This document shows positions 41,768 to 45,469 of a DNA stretch of 45,469 nt, piece after piece. Below the pieces are notes generated by a model, which saw only the letters and a program-made list of their open reading frames with translations, was not told where the DNA came from and ran no database searches. This DNA is from an uncultured Thermoplasmata archaeon (GTDB lineage Archaea > Thermoplasmatota > Thermoplasmata > Halarchaeoplasmatales > Halarchaeoplasmataceae): contig CAYNQI010000007.1 in assembly GCA_964399335.1 (NCBI GenBank), positions 1 to 45,469 of the forward strand, written 5' to 3'. Both the position numbers and the translations under genes were made by a program. Positions within the stretch are counted from its first letter, which is position 1, and each line of letters starts with the position of its first letter.

Positions 41768-44512
41768 ATGTTCGAGGAAGAGTACAAGCTGGATTTCTTT
41801 GAAGAGAAGGGATACTTTCGGAGACAGTGTACAGAATGTGGAGCATACTTCTGGACTTTGGATGAAGACGAAGAAACCTGCCAGGACGCACCATGCGTGG
41901 AATTCGATTTCATCGGAGAACCTGTGACAGATAGTGAATTCGATCTAAGGGAGATGAGGGAATACTTCATGGATTTTTTTTCTGAAAGAGGCCACACCCC
42001 TTTGGAAAGGTACCCGGTAGTTGCCAGGTGGAGAGACGACGTTTTCCTCGTTCATGCAAGTATCTATGATTTTCAACCCCATGCTACGTCGGGGAAAGTA
42101 AAACCTCCAGCCAACCCACTGGTAGTTTCACAGCCCTGCATCAGATTACCGGACTTGGACGAAGTCGGTAAGACGGGAAAACATCTGACTTCCTTCGAGA
42201 TGATGGGGCATCATTCGTTCAATTCTCCTAACAATTTCGTTTACTGGAAAGAGGAGACCGTCAAGTACTGTCACGAGATGCTTTTAGACATAGGTGTACC
42301 GGAGAAAGAGATAGTTTACAAGGAACATCCCTGGATCGGAGGAGGTAACGCCGGTCCATCACTGGAAGTCAACGTGAGGGGTCTAGAGGTGGCAACTTTA
42401 GTTTTTATGAACATGGAGAAAGACCCCGACGGTGATATCGAACTTGAAGGTGAGATGTACAGTCCTTTGGACTTGAACGTCGTTGATACCGGTTACGGTG
42501 TCGAGAGATGGGCATGGATATCCGACGGTGCACCTACGATCTACGATTCATTATTCCCAGAGATAATCGATCATATCTGCACTGAAGGAGATATCGACCA
42601 TCCCATCGACGAGGGATGGTACAGGAAGATGCTGGAAGAGTACACCAAACTTGCTGGAAGACTTGAAAAATATTTCCATGACGAAGAACTGCTGGAACAG
42701 CTCCAGGAAAGACTATCGGACATCGGTATTGATCTAGATAAGGAAGATATATCCGAAAGACTGGAAACACTGAGGTATGTATATACAATAGCCGATCATT
42801 CAAAAACCATCGCTCTTATGCTGTCAGATGGTCTGATACCTTCTAACGTGGAAGAGGGTTACCTAGTCAGGATGATGATCAGAAGGGTTTTAAGGCAGAT
42901 CGACCAGCTCGGAGTTCAGATCGAACTCAAAGAACTCGTAGATAAACAGCTCAAACTTTTCGATGATATATTGGACCAAAGCAACAGGGAACTTGTCTTC
43001 GATATTCTTGAAATAGAAGTCGAGAAGTACAAAGAAACTTTAGAAAGGGGTAAAGGATTGGTTGAGAGAGAATTGAAAGAACTAGGTGAAGAGGAACTTT
43101 CTCTTGAAAGTTTGATAGATTTCTACGATACCCATGGGATCCATCCTACTATAGTTAAGGAACTAGCTGAAGATCAAAATATAGATGTTCACATCCCTGA
43201 GAATTTCAACTCGTTATTAGCTCAAAGGCATGAAGGAAAAGAAGTCGAAAAGAAAACCGAAACATCGGAATATCCTGAATTACCCGAAACTACTCCCCTT
43301 TATTATTTAGAGGAGAATGAAAAATCCTTCGATGCAGTGGTAATACATTCTAAAGAGGGGGAAGTAATACTGGACCAAACTTTGTTTTACCCCGAGGGTG
43401 GCGGTCAGCCTTCCGACAAAGGGACGCTCAGCACCGATGAATCAACCCTACCGGTAAAACATGTTCGAAGAGAAGGAGATCTTATAATACACGAGATCGA
43501 CGGTAATATTCCCAAGGGAGAAGTTGTCAGTGGAAGGATAAACTGGGAAAGAAGGATGAACTTGACTAGACATCATACAGCTACCCATCTTGTGATAAGC
43601 AGTGCTAGGAAAGTTTTAGGTAAACATATCTGGCAGAGGGGTGCACAGAAAGGGGTGGATAGTGCAAGGATCGATCTATCTCATTATAAAAGGATCAGCA
43701 GGAAGGAGATCAAAGAGATCGAGAAACTTGCTAACCAGCTGGTTTTAGATAGTATCCAGGTGACCAAAGAAGAACTTACCAGAGATGAGGCAGAGGAAAG
43801 GTTCGGTTTTGAACTTTATCAAGGTGGAGTGCCTGAAAGTGACGTAATACGTGTGGTTTACATTTCAGACCAAGTCGATTATGACGCTCAAGCATGCGGT
43901 GGGACTCACTGCGATAACACCTCCGAGGTTGGAGCTATCAAGATCAAAAATACACAAAGGATCCAGGACGGAGTGGAAAGGATAGTATTCACAGCTGGCA
44001 TGGCTGCTGTTGAAGAGATGCAGAAGCAGGAAGATATATTGTTGGAAACCTGTGATGCATTCAGCGTGAGCATGTCAGAACTACCTGATACTGCACGAAG
44101 GTTCTTCTCCGAATGGAAGGAAAGAGGTAAGCAGCTCGATGAACTGAAGAAGTATAGAGCTATCGCTGCGGCAGAGGAACTACTTCCCGGTGAAGATATC
44201 GACGGAGTTGAAGTTGTAAAAGGTATAGTGGATATGGACGTAAAAGGGATGTTATCAACTGCTGAACGTTTAACAAACGAAGATAAAAGGATCGTGTTAC
44301 TGATATCAAAGGGCAGCGATGTCCAGATGGTGTTTTCAAGAAGTGATGATCTAGATATCGATATGTCACAGATACTAAGAGGGTCTGCCAAGAAGGTGAA
44401 CGGCGGTGGTGGAGGAAGTCCAAAAACGGCTCAAGGAGGAGGCAGCAAACCCGAGGGTAAAAAAGAGGCCCTGGAAGAAGCTCTAGCTTTGATAAAAAAG
44501 GAGTTGATTTAG
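41768..44512 (+). CDS. alaS: Alanyl-tRNA synthetase (archaeal type)
   Basis: N-terminal CxxC-x17-C ribbon, VDTGYGVER, editing motifs HHTATH and CGGTHC, C-terminal GGGGG DHHA1 domain. Confidence 0.97.
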   Translation: MFEEEYKLDFFEEKGYFRRQCTECGAYFWTLDEDEETCQDAPCVEFDFIGEPVTDSEFDLREMREYFMDFFSERGHTPLERYPVVARWRDDVFLVHASIYDFQPHATSGKVKPPANPLVVSQPCIRLPDLDEVGKTGKHLTSFEMMGHHSFNSPNNFVYWKEETVKYCHEMLLDIGVPEKEIVYKEHPWIGGGNAGPSLEVNVRGLEVATLVFMNMEKDPDGDIELEGEMYSPLDLNVVDTGYGVERWAWISDGAPTIYDSLFPEIIDHICTEGDIDHPIDEGWYRKMLEEYTKLAGRLEKYFHDEELLEQLQERLSDIGIDLDKEDISERLETLRYVYTIADHSKTIALMLSDGLIPSNVEEGYLVRMMIRRVLRQIDQLGVQIELKELVDKQLKLFDDILDQSNRELVFDILEIEVEKYKETLERGKGLVERELKELGEEELSLESLIDFYDTHGIHPTIVKELAEDQNIDVHIPENFNSLLAQRHEGKEVEKKTETSEYPELPETTPLYYLEENEKSFDAVVIHSKEGEVILDQTLFYPEGGGQPSDKGTLSTDESTLPVKHVRREGDLIIHEIDGNIPKGEVVSGRINWERRMNLTRHHTATHLVISSARKVLGKHIWQRGAQKGVDSARIDLSHYKRISRKEIKEIEKLANQLVLDSIQVTKEELTRDEAEERFGFELYQGGVPESDVIRVVYISDQVDYDAQACGGTHCDNTSEVGAIKIKNTQRIQDGVERIVFTAGMAAVEEMQKQEDILLETCDAFSVSMSELPDTARRFFSEWKERGKQLDELKKYRAIAAAEELLPGEDIDGVEVVKGIVDMDVKGMLSTAERLTNEDKRIVLLISKGSDVQMVFSRSDDLDIDMSQILRGSAKKVNGGGGGSPKTAQGGGSKPEGKKEALEEALALIKKELI

Positions 44513-44839
44513 ATGAAAGTGATCTTTCACTTGAATGAGGAAGATAAGACCAACGAAGTATTGGCCAATATCCGGAACCTGAGAAAGGATATGGAGGGTG
44601 TAGAAATTGAACTTTTAGTCAACGGTATGGCAGTCCGTGACTTTGTACAGGACAGCAATTATGAGGGGAGAGTGGAAACCATGGTAAAAGATGGTAACTT
44701 TGTCAAGGTATGTTCAAACAGCTTGAAAGGTCTGCGCATCGACGAAGAGGAACTTCTTGAAGGAGTTGATATAGTTCCTGCTGGAGTCAGTGAGTTAGTC
44801 AGGAAGCAAGAAGAAGGATGGGCTTACATCAAACCTTGA
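44513..44839 (+). CDS. DsrE/DsrF-like family protein
   Basis: KVIFHL, IELLVNG, VCSNSL and VPAGVSEL..KQEEGWAYIKP. Confidence 0.85.
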   Translation: MKVIFHLNEEDKTNEVLANIRNLRKDMEGVEIELLVNGMAVRDFVQDSNYEGRVETMVKDGNFVKVCSNSLKGLRIDEEELLEGVDIVPAGVSELVRKQEEGWAYIKP

Positions 44840-44882
44840 ACCATGATAGGTGTACATCCTTAAATATCATCTACAGTGGTAC

Positions 44883-45469
44883 TTACATATTGGTGTAGGA
44901 TAAAGTATTAGATCTGATAGTATAGAAAAACCCTATGAGCCCAGTGAAAACTATAACAGTCAATGTCAGCAGTCCGAGATCGTAAGATCCAGTCAAAGCG
45001 ACTACTGAGCCCACACCGACGGGACCGATTATACCAAAAGTATTGGCTATACCGTTCATCAATCCTGTAGCAGAACCAAGTTCGTCCCTAGATATTGAAT
45101 TTTGAAGCTTTGTGAAAAATAATGGAGGAGCAAGCTGTCCTAGCAGAAATATCAAGAAAAGTAATGTTATAGCTGTTCCAGGGTTAGAGATCTGCGATAA
45201 TGTTAGAATCATTATCATGATCCCAGTGGTAAAAAGTGAGAACATGATGATCTTATTCGGATTCCCTTTTACATCACTAACATAAGAACCGATAAGTAGC
45301 CCAAAGATCGCACCTGCGTAGGGGATCGCCGCTACATATGCCATCTCGCTGATCTGGAAATCGTAAACCTGTTCCAAGTAAGTGGGTGCCCAAAGGGTTA
45401 TACCCCACCAAAAGGAAGTAACAGTGGTGAATCCGACTATCACTTGTCTGAAATCAGTGTCCCGTAAAA
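44883..45469 (-). CDS. Major facilitator superfamily transporter, C-terminal half; 5' end outside the window
   Basis: GSYVSDVKG loop motif, ELGSATGLMNGIANTFGIIGP and six TM helices. The frame appears open to the right edge. Confidence 0.85.
   Translation of the reverse strand, partial: LRDTDFRQVIVGFTTVTSFWWGITLWAPTYLEQVYDFQISEMAYVAAIPYAGAIFGLLIGSYVSDVKGNPNKIIMFSLFTTGIMIMILTLSQISNPGTAITLLFLIFLLGQLAPPLFFTKLQNSISRDELGSATGLMNGIANTFGIIGPVGVGSVVALTGSYDLGLLTLTVIVFTGLIGFFYTIRSNTLSYTNM

Noticed and set aside
12108-44423. Many short opposite-strand ORFs in the track (e.g. 12108-12554, 27872-28315, 30531-30845, 43906-44391, 18902-19192)
   Set aside because: Each lies fully antisense to a well-supported gene and shows Ser/Phe/Leu-rich shadow composition with no motif or RBS.
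44510-44515. alaS TAG directly followed in frame by the DsrE ATG: possible amber read-through or pyrrolysine fusion
   Set aside because: AlaRS ends at its normal C-terminal domain, DsrE has a complete N-terminus, and no pyl genes are in the window. Abutting genes are the simpler explanation.

Overview
Archaeal chromosomal window. Evidence: GGTGA(T)/GGAGG ribosome-binding sites, PolD small subunit, aRF1, S3Ae and an intron-containing tRNA. The strongly Asp/Glu-rich proteins and the gene content suggest a halophilic Thermoplasmatota-like lineage (inference). It is mostly housekeeping and cell-surface genes: methanogen-type SerRS, S3Ae, tRNA-Met, DP1, ArgRS, aRF1, AlaRS, four large secreted or anchored proteins, a two-ATPase type IV pilus operon, an MgtE/PhoU-RCK transporter operon and a DtxR-type regulator with a Znu-like ABC transporter. 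Elements the ORF track misses or hides: (1) the 5' part of a cyanophycin-synthetase-like gene running off the left edge; (2) a decayed IS200/IS605 tnpB with a hairpin-rich 3' end; (3) a metal-binding lipoprotein whose conserved DPHIW helix has moved to the N-terminus; (4) a hemerythrin next to a CBS/Zn-ribbon, V4R and Roadblock cluster; (5) fusions NadM-PncC, S3Ae-HhH and thioredoxin-CcdA. No CRISPR array or rRNA seen. All family calls are from motif recognition by eye, not database searches.
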